From: an uncultured Candidatus Saccharibacteria bacterium
GTDB taxonomy: Bacteria; Patescibacteriota; UBA1384; XYA2-FULL-43-10; 1-14-0-10-43-13
Direction: 5' to 3'
Length of the DNA: 64,000 nucleotides
Assembly: GCA_964628585.1 (NCBI GenBank)
Contig: CAZVMH010000001.1
Location: 64,450-128,449 of the forward strand
Position numbers and translations under genes: made by a program. Positions 1 through 7,703 of the stretch are shown in pieces. Below the pieces are notes generated by a model. The model made no database searches, was not told where the DNA came from, and was given only the letters and a program-made list of their open reading frames with translations. Position 1 is the first letter of the stretch; every line of letters starts with the position of its first letter.

Positions 1-58
1 AAAACGATATGGTTACTATACAACTTCTCCACAAAATTGCAAATAAAATATAGCAAAA

Positions 59-85
59 CCCCTCCCCCCGGTCTGGGGGGAGGGG
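59..85 (-). terminator. GC-rich hairpin (11-bp perfect stem cccctcccccc/ggggggagggg, 5-nt loop) at the 3' end of the mtnP operon; on the minus strand it is followed by a U-rich tract (plus-strand A-run 41-58).
   Basis: Perfect inverted repeat read directly from the sequence. It lies immediately downstream of the 96..920(-) stop codon and marks the left edge of the GC-rich island. Confidence 0.6.
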
Positions 86-95
86 CGATTGCGCT

Positions 96-920
96 CTACT
101 TCTTGTAGTACTCGCGGTATGTCTCGGTGCAGTCACATTCGGTCTGTCTGTCGTCCGATAGTGCTGGCAGAACTTTGAGGAGCAGTTCTTTACCGAGCTC
201 GATGTTTCGGTGGAAGATGGGGAGTATCTCTTCCATCTTTCCGGGAGCTATTTGAAGCTCGTGCCGAACGCCAGGGTCGTAGTCCGTGATCATCGCTATG
301 CTTCCGTAGCAGATCCCGAGCATCCTGGCAAAATAGCACTCGGGATACTGTGTCATGTTCACAATGTCCCAGCCATTCCTGATGAAGTAGCTGCTCTCTG
401 CCAGGGTGGAGAACCGAGGTCCCTGAATCACAACCACGGTTTTGTCCTGATGGACCTTAATCCCGAGAAAGTTAGCCTCTTCACTGATCACTCTGCTGAC
501 GGTCGGACAGTAAGGGTTGGCCATGGGAGTGTGAACGACCAGGCCGTCCTGATCGAAGTTATCGTCACGTCCATAGGTTAGATTGACGAACTGACTTGGA
601 ACCACGAAGCTTCCTGGTTCTATCTCCTGCCTCAGGCTTCCGGCGATGCATGTCGCCAGAATCGCATTGACTCCTAAAGACTGGAGTGCAGCGATGTTCG
701 CCATGTATGGGATCCTGTGGGGAGGAATCGAGTGTTCTGGTCCATGTCTGGGCAAGAAGGCGATGGGTACTCCTCCATATCTCCCGAGGATGATTTCATC
801 AGAGGGCAACCCGTACATCGTATTTGGTCGCACCCTGTTATCAACCTCGAGCTCAGGCAGTTTGCATAGCCCCGAGCCACCAATCACTGCGATTCTGGCT
901 TTCTGTGTGCTCAATCTCAT
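96..920 (-). CDS. mtnP: S-methyl-5'-thioadenosine phosphorylase (PNP/MTAP family); also expected to accept 5'-deoxyadenosine
   Basis: 274-aa ORF with the MTAP-type N-terminus ARIAVIGGSGL and strong similarity to MTAP along its length (GPRFST..AES, DIVNMT, GICYGSIAMITDYD). The start overlaps the upstream rSAM gene by 4 bp (translational coupling). Confidence 0.8.
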   Translation of the reverse strand: MRLSTQKARIAVIGGSGLCKLPELEVDNRVRPNTMYGLPSDEIILGRYGGVPIAFLPRHGPEHSIPPHRIPYMANIAALQSLGVNAILATCIAGSLRQEIEPGSFVVPSQFVNLTYGRDDNFDQDGLVVHTPMANPYCPTVSRVISEEANFLGIKVHQDKTVVVIQGPRFSTLAESSYFIRNGWDIVNMTQYPECYFARMLGICYGSIAMITDYDPGVRHELQIAPGKMEEILPIFHRNIELGKELLLKVLPALSDDRQTECDCTETYREYYKK

Positions 921-2257
921 ACTCCTTTGTCATTCAGCCAGAGAAGATAGTCGAAAGCCTCCTCGGCGAATATGGTTGACGCTAGGTCCTGTTCCATATA
1001 GTCGCCAGAAAGCTCAATGTTGTTCCATGCACAACCGCCTCCGCAAAGGCTTTTGGCATCTAATTCATCGTATGCCGGGTTGAAGATTGGCAGGCGTTGT
1101 CTCCATTGCTGGGCAGTCTCCGACTGCCAGATCCTGAAGTTCGTGCCTACCAGTTCGGTGACATCTCCCATATCATTGCGGTAGAAAGGACAGTTTGTCA
1201 CTTGACCGTTTGGCTGAACCACAATCTGGCTACCGTAGCAGGTGCAGTCAACGGGGAAGAAGTTCTTGCCCGTGAGACCAGAGTACTTCTTCTCCATCTG
1301 AAACTCAAAGTCGGTCCTGTCCTGATTTTGGAAACCCCTGATCATTGCCTGGGCAGCTTGCCTGTAGAAGGTCTCCGCGTCAACGCCTGGATAATCCGCT
1401 AATGCACGCCCTTTGAGAAGGTTGAAGCCAAACTTCTCGACTCCCAGTTCCACGAGAGTCTGATAGTAGCTATCCACCACCTCGATGTTGTCCGGGGTGA
1501 TGCTGACAGATGCACAGGTTGTAATGTTGTTGCTGACCAGTATCTTTATCGCTTCGATGACCTGATCGGTCGAATTGGTCGGTTGTTGTGCCTGTCGAGC
1601 TCGATTGTGCTTGGCATCAAATCCGTCGATTCCAACCGAAACGATCACGTCATGTTTCTGACACAGACCGATCGTTTTGTCATCAATGAGCAGACCGTTG
1701 GTCGCAATCATCTTTCTGATGCTGCCTGGCAAGAGGCCACCCTGTTGCAGTTCGTGGAGATACTCGAGAGTATTGGTGATAATCGGCATATTCAGCAGCG
1801 GCTCACCGCCGTAGAAGATCACATAATAGTCTCTGTTCTCGTCGTACAGCTCTGCCAGATGTTCTCTCCATAGCCACACTCCTGCTCGAGCATGCGTGTC
1901 GGTCATGTTGATTGGCCCATACTGATCGGCCAAGCTGGGAACCGGGCAGTAGCTACATGCCAGGTTGCAGTGTTGAGCTGTCAAGAGATAAAGGATGATG
2001 GTCTGGTTGAGGTTCTGGTTGGTGCGCTGTTGAACCATCCTCAATTCTGCCTGGTCTTCCTCTTGTCTACTTATCAAAAGTCGTTTCTCCACCAGCACAG
2101 TTGCCAATGGGGAGGCAAAATCCGGGTGTTCCAGAAAGGAATCCCAGGATCTTGCGGTCAGAAAGATCGGCTCGGGGTGCAGTTCGTGAAAGATGGCTAC
2201 ACGGGTCCCTCGCCTGCGCTCCCTGAGGTATTTAGAGAAGAGCAATCTACTGTTCAA
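917..2257 (-). CDS. Radical SAM enzyme with C-terminal SPASM-type auxiliary Fe-S domain (peptide-modifying maturase-like); the ~95-aa N-terminal extension is a possible RiPP-recognition element
   Basis: 446-aa ORF with the canonical CxxxCxxC motif (CNLACSYC). Its C-terminal Cys cluster (CTCYG...CPFY...CGGGCAWNN) is typical of SPASM/twitch domains. It sits immediately downstream of the small Cys-peptide gene. Confidence 0.75.
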   Translation of the reverse strand: MNSRLLFSKYLRERRRGTRVAIFHELHPEPIFLTARSWDSFLEHPDFASPLATVLVEKRLLISRQEEDQAELRMVQQRTNQNLNQTIILYLLTAQHCNLACSYCPVPSLADQYGPINMTDTHARAGVWLWREHLAELYDENRDYYVIFYGGEPLLNMPIITNTLEYLHELQQGGLLPGSIRKMIATNGLLIDDKTIGLCQKHDVIVSVGIDGFDAKHNRARQAQQPTNSTDQVIEAIKILVSNNITTCASVSITPDNIEVVDSYYQTLVELGVEKFGFNLLKGRALADYPGVDAETFYRQAAQAMIRGFQNQDRTDFEFQMEKKYSGLTGKNFFPVDCTCYGSQIVVQPNGQVTNCPFYRNDMGDVTELVGTNFRIWQSETAQQWRQRLPIFNPAYDELDAKSLCGGGCAWNNIELSGDYMEQDLASTIFAEEAFDYLLWLNDKGV

Positions 2258-2344
2258 GGATCCTGATTCCTTTCCTGTTTATTAAAGAACAATGAAACGG
2301 CCCAGCTGGAATAACCTCTCCAACTGGGCCCTGCGTCTTCTTCG

Positions 2345-2536
2345 CTAGCGCGCGGTCTTGCCGAGCTCGGCGAACTCTGCTCTGGTGAGCGTGATCTTGC
2401 CGCCGTGGTCGTCTGTGATCGTGACCTCGCTTGTCTTAATCACCGCCTGCGGGCAACACCCCTGGACACCACACATTGTGACGATCGTCGGATCCGCGTC
2501 TGTTCCGGAACCTTTCCTGTCCTGAAGCTTCTTCAT
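2345..2536 (-). CDS. Small (63 aa) Cys-containing protein, candidate precursor/substrate peptide for the adjacent rSAM-SPASM enzyme (motif TMCGVQGCCPQ)
   Basis: ORF preceded by a strong SD (GGGAGGTG, 7-nt spacing) and a near-consensus promoter. It is the first gene of the operon, directly upstream of the rSAM gene. No TM segment or recognisable enzyme motif. Confidence 0.5.
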   Translation of the reverse strand: MKKLQDRKGSGTDADPTIVTMCGVQGCCPQAVIKTSEVTITDDHGGKITLTRAEFAELGKTAR

Positions 2537-2585
2537 CTTGAATCACCTCCCTTGCCGATGAAGACGGCACCTAATCTCAGATTAC

Positions 2586-2613
2586 ATAATACCACAGTTG
2601 GCTGTACTGTCAA
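2586..2613 (-). promoter_or_regulatory. Sigma70-type promoter (minus strand: TTGACA, 16-nt spacer, TATTAT) driving the peptide/rSAM/mtnP operon
   Basis: Minus-strand TTGACA (plus 2608-2613) and TATTAT (plus 2586-2591) with 16-nt spacing, about 40 nt upstream of the peptide start codon. Confidence 0.55.
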
Positions 2614-2619
2614 CGCCAA

Positions 2620-4302
2620 TCAACAAATATCATTGCCCCTAGGTTTATCGACACCGATACTTTCCAGATACGACTGAAGATCGCTCAGTTCCTTGACTGA
2701 GCCATCCTCGATCATAAATAGCTTGTTGGCGGAGATAGTCTCAAGGAAATGGCGATCATGCGAGACGAAGATCACCGTACCCTTGTAAGTGGAAAGAACC
2801 TTCTCGAGTGCATCTAATGCATCAACATCGAGATGATTAGTTGGCTCATCTAGCACAAGTACATTAGCAGAATTGAGTGAAAAGAGTGACATTGCCAGTC
2901 TGGCCCTTTCTCCAGGACTGATTTCACCAATCTCTTTTGTACTGATTGCTTCTGGTGTGAAGTTGAAGTTGGCCAGGACATGATAGAGCTCGGTTATACT
3001 TGACAAAGAACCGTCTCGAAGGAAATCGAGCACGTTCATGTTCCTTGGCATATCTCCGTGAGTCTGTGTGAGATTGCCGAATACAACCGATGGACTTATC
3101 CTGACTATGCCGCTAATAGGCGACAGTTCTCCGGTAATTGTTCGGAGTAGGGTAGATTTACCCGTTCCGTTTTTCCCGATGAAGCCAATCCTCTGTCCAA
3201 AACCAATCTCAAGAGAAACTGGTTCTAAAGCAAAGCCATCTTTGTAACCCACTACTGCTCGACGAAGACGAATTGCAGTATCTGCTTCGCTATGCTTTGG
3301 CGCTAGGGGAATTATGGTGGGTTCTCTGTCGCGCTTCAGCTTTACGAGTTTGATGCCAGAAATCTGCTGTTCGATTGCCTTTGCTTTGGCCGCCGACTTG
3401 CCAGAACGATCTCTTTGGGCACCGCGAACAAACTTATCGTTGTCGCGAGTATCCTGTCTGCTTCCCTGGTCGCTCCATGACTTGATCTGGCGAGCACTTT
3501 CTTCTAGTCGAACGATCTCGTCTTTTTGTCTTTCGTGTTCTAGCTGGTCTCTTCTCATCTTTGCTAATCTGCGGTCGATATAACAGGAATAGTTACCTGC
3601 GTATTCGACAAGATTGCGATCATACCAATCGATCTCGAAGACCTTGCTCACTATTTTGTCCAAAAAGTAGCGGTCATGAGAAACGATCAAGCAAGCAGCT
3701 TTGCATGAAGACAGAAAAGATTCAAGCCACACGATAGATGGTAAGTCGAGATTGTTGGTTGGCTCATCGAGGAGCAAGACGTCCTTACCTTGAAGGAGTG
3801 TTCCTGCTAGAGCTACCTTGGAGCGCTGACCTCCACTCAATGTTGATATTTGTCGACTTGGTTCAATTCCAGCCAGTCCAAGTCCGGCCAAAACTTTGGC
3901 CATGGTGTGATCAAAGTCGTAGCCATCATTATCCATATAGAGCTGAAGTGTATTGGAATACTCCTCGGCCTTTTCTGGATCATCGAGCTGACCAGCAAGT
4001 ACTTCTAGTTGGTCTTCGAGCTCAGCGATTCCGACAAATTCCTTGAGATACCTCTCTATGGTCAGTCCTGTCTTTCCAAGAACTATCTCCTGAGGAAGGT
4101 AACCTAAGCGCCTTTCGGCACTTATTTGGACGTTGCCAGAATCGGGCTCCTCCAACCCTGCCAAAATCTTAAGCAGGGTAGACTTTCCACTTCCGTTTGA
4201 GCCAACAATTGCCACTTTCTGTCCAAGATTAAGGAAGAAAGAGACATCGACAAGAACATCTTGGCCCGCGTAGGACTTTGAAATGTTGTTAGCTGATATC
4301 AT
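2620..4302 (-). CDS. ABC-F family ATPase (two tandem ABC nucleotide-binding domains, no TM domain; EttA/Uup/YbiT-like translation factor or ARE-type)
   Basis: 560-aa ORF with two Walker A motifs (GSNGSGKST, GKNGTGKST), two LSGGQ signatures and a charged linker between the domains. Confidence 0.8.
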   Translation of the reverse strand: MISANNISKSYAGQDVLVDVSFFLNLGQKVAIVGSNGSGKSTLLKILAGLEEPDSGNVQISAERRLGYLPQEIVLGKTGLTIERYLKEFVGIAELEDQLEVLAGQLDDPEKAEEYSNTLQLYMDNDGYDFDHTMAKVLAGLGLAGIEPSRQISTLSGGQRSKVALAGTLLQGKDVLLLDEPTNNLDLPSIVWLESFLSSCKAACLIVSHDRYFLDKIVSKVFEIDWYDRNLVEYAGNYSCYIDRRLAKMRRDQLEHERQKDEIVRLEESARQIKSWSDQGSRQDTRDNDKFVRGAQRDRSGKSAAKAKAIEQQISGIKLVKLKRDREPTIIPLAPKHSEADTAIRLRRAVVGYKDGFALEPVSLEIGFGQRIGFIGKNGTGKSTLLRTITGELSPISGIVRISPSVVFGNLTQTHGDMPRNMNVLDFLRDGSLSSITELYHVLANFNFTPEAISTKEIGEISPGERARLAMSLFSLNSANVLVLDEPTNHLDVDALDALEKVLSTYKGTVIFVSHDRHFLETISANKLFMIEDGSVKELSDLQSYLESIGVDKPRGNDIC

Positions 4303-4316
4303 CAGTTCTTCCTTTC

Positions 4317-4330
4317 CTCGAAATTTCGAG
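4317..4330. promoter_or_regulatory. Perfect 14-bp palindrome CTCGAAATTTCGAG in the 5' leader of the ABC-F gene, just upstream of its RBS; possible operator or leader hairpin
   Basis: Palindrome read directly from the sequence. Its distal edge is 15 nt from the ABC-F start codon. Confidence 0.3.
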
Positions 4331-4439
4331 AGATGCCACGCTCTTGCGAGTCGTCAAGCAATGTTAACATAATATTTATTTAATTACAACACAAAATAAA
4401 GAATATTGCTATACTTTACGATAAGCATTTTTTAGAAAA

Positions 4440-4979
4440 TTATTCCAATACGTGATTGAGGATCTTTTTAACAGTTTCTTCAGGAGATAGAGTGCTATCA
4501 TCGATTACAAAAGAGTCGACAAAGGGGACGGTTTTGTCTGTTTTATGTTTAGCCTCAATGTTTTCTAATATATTTTTGTCGGTTAATTTCTTAAACTCTT
4601 TTCTTGAAGGCAAGTTTAAGCGTTTTAATTGTTCTTCTTTGGAACATTCCAGCTTAACAAAAACTGTTTTACCTGTTTTATTGATATTTATCATTTTCTT
4701 TATGAAGTCATCATCATATTTTCCCTCAAAAGTTTCAAGACCGTAGGCGTAAGTCATAATCAGACCGGACAACTTATTTTTTACACATAGCTCAATTATT
4801 TGAAGTCGTATGCTGGTCGCGAGTTCGGAATATTGTATTGTTCCTGACTCAAAAATAGAACCAGCCAAATCGGCGGTCAGGTGATTGTGAAATAATTTGT
4901 AACCAGTTTTGTCTTGGAGTGCTTTTGCAACGGTATATTTACCGGTTGCTGGGGCTCCATAAATAAATATCAATTCCAT
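4440..4979 (-). CDS. P-loop NTPase / small-molecule kinase-like protein (TmrB / AAA_33-like)
   Basis: 179-aa ORF with an N-terminal Walker A motif (GAPATGKYT). Its size and layout resemble P-loop kinases such as TmrB or CPT. AT-rich gene. Confidence 0.5.
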   Translation of the reverse strand: MELIFIYGAPATGKYTVAKALQDKTGYKLFHNHLTADLAGSIFESGTIQYSELATSIRLQIIELCVKNKLSGLIMTYAYGLETFEGKYDDDFIKKMININKTGKTVFVKLECSKEEQLKRLNLPSRKEFKKLTDKNILENIEAKHKTDKTVPFVDSFVIDDSTLSPEETVKKILNHVLE

Positions 4980-4998
4980 ACAATTTTTATACCATTTA

Positions 4999-6546
4999 TT
5001 ATAATTGTTGTCTATCTATCTTGCGTTCTGTTAAACTAAAAGCGGACAGTATTAGAAGGATAAGAAAGATGAGAACAAATAAGAGAGCAGTTGGAATTAT
5101 AACAAAAGATGGTAAAATACTTCTTTTTAGGCGAGTCAAAGACAACGAAGAATATTTTTCTGGACTATTTTTTATATCTTCAATTAGCTCTTTCCAGTTT
5201 GTCCACTTCCAGTCGGAAGCTTCTTCGGGGTTTAATTCTGGTTCTTTATCGTATCTTCCGACAAAAACATGATCGTATTCGTATTCAGTTAACTTTCCCA
5301 AATTTGCTTTGTAAGTGAAAGAAAAGGTCTCTTTTAGCTCGGTATCTAAACCCATCTCTTCTTTTAATCTTCGGTGGGCCACATCAACAGTCTCTTCGCT
5401 TGGCGCCGGGTGACTGCAACAGGTATTGGTCCACAAGCCAGGAGAGTGATATTTTTCATCTGCTCGTTTTTGCAACATCAACTCGTCTTTCGAATTGAAA
5501 ACAAAGATTGAAAAACATCGGTGCAGTTTTCCATCTCGATGAACTTGCATCTTTTCTCCCGTCCCGATTTCCCTGTCATTCTCATCAACCAAGATTATGT
5601 CGTTCATTTTTAGTATTCTCCGCTTTGAAAAAATACCTGTGAATATTGGGACAGGCAGAAGAGCGAATCCTGCTTGAATTGGACTCCAGCCCAAAGTATT
5701 TTGGAGGAAGAAGGTAAGAACAAAAGACATGCCAATTACAGAAACCATTACAATAAAACTTATTATGTTTGAGGCGGTAAAGGTTTGATTCTGGAAGAGA
5801 TGAAAATCAAGCAGAGAATTTTTTAATCGCTTCTGGTAATAGTAAAGGGCTACCAAAAATAGAAAACCTAAAATCAGAAACAGTTTATTGATTTGTGATA
5901 ACGATAGGGCGATAGTAACAAGTCCAAGAGCAAGAAGCGCCACACTACCATAATCGAGTTTAATTTCTTTATTAGCTGGTAGATCTGGAATATATTTGGA
6001 TGAAATGATTAAGCCTACAATGACAAGTGGAACATTAATTAAAAATAATAAGTGCCAGCCGTAAAACTGACCAATATTAATATTTGACAACATTCCGCCA
6101 ATAATGGGACCGACTAACATACCAGCGGCAAATGTTCCAGCGGTTACAGCAAAAGCTTTCTCTCGTTCTTTCCAGAGATGGGCAATAATTGCCATTGGCA
6201 TAGTATATAGAATAGCAATCGAAATACCTTGGACTGCACGTAATGCAATCATTATTTCAATATTACTGATAAACCCGAGCACTAAAGACGATAGTCCGAA
6301 AAGAGATAGGCCCCAAATATACAATTTTTTAGGTCCAATTTTGTCACCCAATTTGCCCATAAAAATCAAAAAAATTATCAAGGCAAGGGTGAGGGCATTT
6401 GGTATCCATTGGGTGAGAGAAATAGGAATATCTAATGTAGAAGTGATTTTTGGCAAAGCAACATTTAACCCCGTGCTGTCTATGGCACCGAGAAGGTCGG
6501 CAGTTGCAACAGCAACAAGAATAAGGGTTAAATTATTTTTTTTCAT
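4999..6546 (-). CDS. Chimeric protein: an N-terminal MFS (DHA2-like) transporter half of ~8 TM segments, a type-1 isopentenyl-diphosphate isomerase (NUDIX) domain, and a C-terminal TM helix
   Basis: Residues ~1-310 are hydrophobic helices with MFS motifs (GKLGDKIGPKK loop). Residues ~315-480 match IDI type 1 (NTCCSHP, E-rich NUDIX box, W..W). The last 40 aa form a TM helix. The ORF is continuous. Confidence 0.6.
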   Translation of the reverse strand: MKKNNLTLILVAVATADLLGAIDSTGLNVALPKITSTLDIPISLTQWIPNALTLALIIFLIFMGKLGDKIGPKKLYIWGLSLFGLSSLVLGFISNIEIMIALRAVQGISIAILYTMPMAIIAHLWKEREKAFAVTAGTFAAGMLVGPIIGGMLSNINIGQFYGWHLLFLINVPLVIVGLIISSKYIPDLPANKEIKLDYGSVALLALGLVTIALSLSQINKLFLILGFLFLVALYYYQKRLKNSLLDFHLFQNQTFTASNIISFIVMVSVIGMSFVLTFFLQNTLGWSPIQAGFALLPVPIFTGIFSKRRILKMNDIILVDENDREIGTGEKMQVHRDGKLHRCFSIFVFNSKDELMLQKRADEKYHSPGLWTNTCCSHPAPSEETVDVAHRRLKEEMGLDTELKETFSFTYKANLGKLTEYEYDHVFVGRYDKEPELNPEEASDWKWTNWKELIEDIKNSPEKYSSLSLTRLKRSILPSFVIIPTALLFVLIFLILLILSAFSLTERKIDRQQL

Positions 6547-7345
6547 CAGGTGTAAGCATTAAGTTTGGGTCAAACATTACATATTCAGGGGCAACCTTGA
6601 CTGGTAATCCCAGCGCGACTCTTTTAGCTGCAATTACTGTCAAGGCCGAAAGAATATATGACGCAGAGACTGGCTGTGGGAAGTGCGGGAGTTTTCCTTC
6701 AGTAAATTCCATTGCAATTTTTTGAACATATGGAGGCATAATTTTTACAAAGAATTCAATGAATTTCTCAAATGCAACTACATTATCAACTTTGTCCATT
6801 GGGGTTTTAGGGTCTAGGCCAATCATTTTTTCATAAGAAATTGAATCAGGAGTAAATACTTGTATCATAGCCCCCCAACCAACATCGGTAGGCTGAATCA
6901 CGGATTTCTTATACTTCTGTGCCGCTCTATGCATTGCCAACACTGCTATTGCAGCATCGGGGTCAATTGTGTCAATTACAATGTCGGACTTTCTTACAAG
7001 CCTTTCTGCGTTTTTTGCATCAACAAAAATCGGGAACTTCTTAATCTTTGCATGGGGATTAATTGCTCTAATTTTACGAGCCAGGGCATCAACTTTAAAT
7101 TTTCCAACATCACGCCACGTGTACCCCTGCCGGTTATTGTTAGAAATTTCGATCGTATCGCCATCGACTAATATAAACCTTTCGAATCCAATACGAGTAG
7201 CAGAGAGTGCAACTTGAGAACCGACACCGCATCCAGCAATTAAGAGTGTTGTGTCGCTAATTTTTTGCTGTTCTTCTTCTGTTAACAGCCCTAGATTCCG
7301 AGAATGATGTTCTTTTTGAAAGAGTTCTTTATCAATCTTTGGCAT
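6533..7345 (-). CDS. ThiF/MoeB/TcdA-family E1-like adenylyltransferase; no C-terminal CxxC motifs, closest in layout to tRNA t6A dehydratase TcdA/CsdL
   Basis: 270-aa ORF with a Rossmann GxGxxG (IAGCGVGSQ) and a DGD..E..SNNNRQ motif typical of E1-like enzymes. It overlaps the downstream gene by 14 bp. Confidence 0.65.
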   Translation of the reverse strand: MPKIDKELFQKEHHSRNLGLLTEEEQQKISDTTLLIAGCGVGSQVALSATRIGFERFILVDGDTIEISNNNRQGYTWRDVGKFKVDALARKIRAINPHAKIKKFPIFVDAKNAERLVRKSDIVIDTIDPDAAIAVLAMHRAAQKYKKSVIQPTDVGWGAMIQVFTPDSISYEKMIGLDPKTPMDKVDNVVAFEKFIEFFVKIMPPYVQKIAMEFTEGKLPHFPQPVSASYILSALTVIAAKRVALGLPVKVAPEYVMFDPNLMLTPDEKK

Positions 7346-7435
7346 GATGTTTTTTATAAATAATTAGATAGCATAAATTTATCACTATCGGTCTACAAAA
7401 GCAATGAAATCGCGTTCATTGTTGATATCTTAGTG

Positions 7436-7464
7436 TTGACGAAAAATATCTGGCTTGTTAGAAT
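7436..7464 (+). promoter_or_regulatory. Sigma70-like promoter (TTGACG, 17-nt spacer, TAGAAT)
   Basis: -35 at 7436-7441 and -10 at 7459-7464, inside the 358-bp intergenic region upstream of 7704(+). Confidence 0.45.
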
Positions 7465-7470
7465 AGCTAA

Positions 7471-7640
7471 GTCGCTCAAAATGCTAGCCACTGACGACTC
7501 GGCGCCATTGGTGCTAGAAATATATCGGTCATCTGACCAAAAATGGCATGCTGAATTCATCAGTGTGCCATTTTCGTTATGCAAGATTTAGTTTTTTTGT
7601 AGAACAAAATAAGGGGCACTTACGAGCGCGCCTTATTTAA
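7471..7640 (+). ncRNA. Candidate small RNA or structured 5' leader (~170 nt) lying between the predicted promoter and a GC-hairpin plus U-tract
   Basis: An extended hairpin AAATGGCA-tgCTGAattcaTCAGtg-TGCCATTT is followed by a T-run. A second hairpin (AAGGGGCAC...GCGCGCCTT) is followed by TTTAAATATTTGTTTG. The region has no convincing ORF; the 63-aa antisense ORF 7393..7584 looks spurious. Confidence 0.25.
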
Positions 7641-7703
7641 ATATTTGTTTGTTTGTGGTACATTATTGGTGCTAGGATTTAATTAATTAAGCATAATAAA
7701 ACT

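Noticed and set aside
210-2266. Multiple 60-150-aa ORFs antisense to or overlapping mtnP and the rSAM gene (210..581, 646..1083, 674..883, 1097..1402, 1583..1873, 1892..2266)
   Set aside because: All lie inside longer, motif-supported genes on the opposite strand. They have no RBS, and their length is the expected result of high GC lowering stop-codon density. They are spurious.
7393-7584. 63-aa ORF in the 7346-7703 intergenic region
   Set aside because: It is antisense to the predicted promoter, hairpin and U-tract unit. It has no RBS and a low-complexity sequence. The region is better explained as a non-coding RNA or leader.
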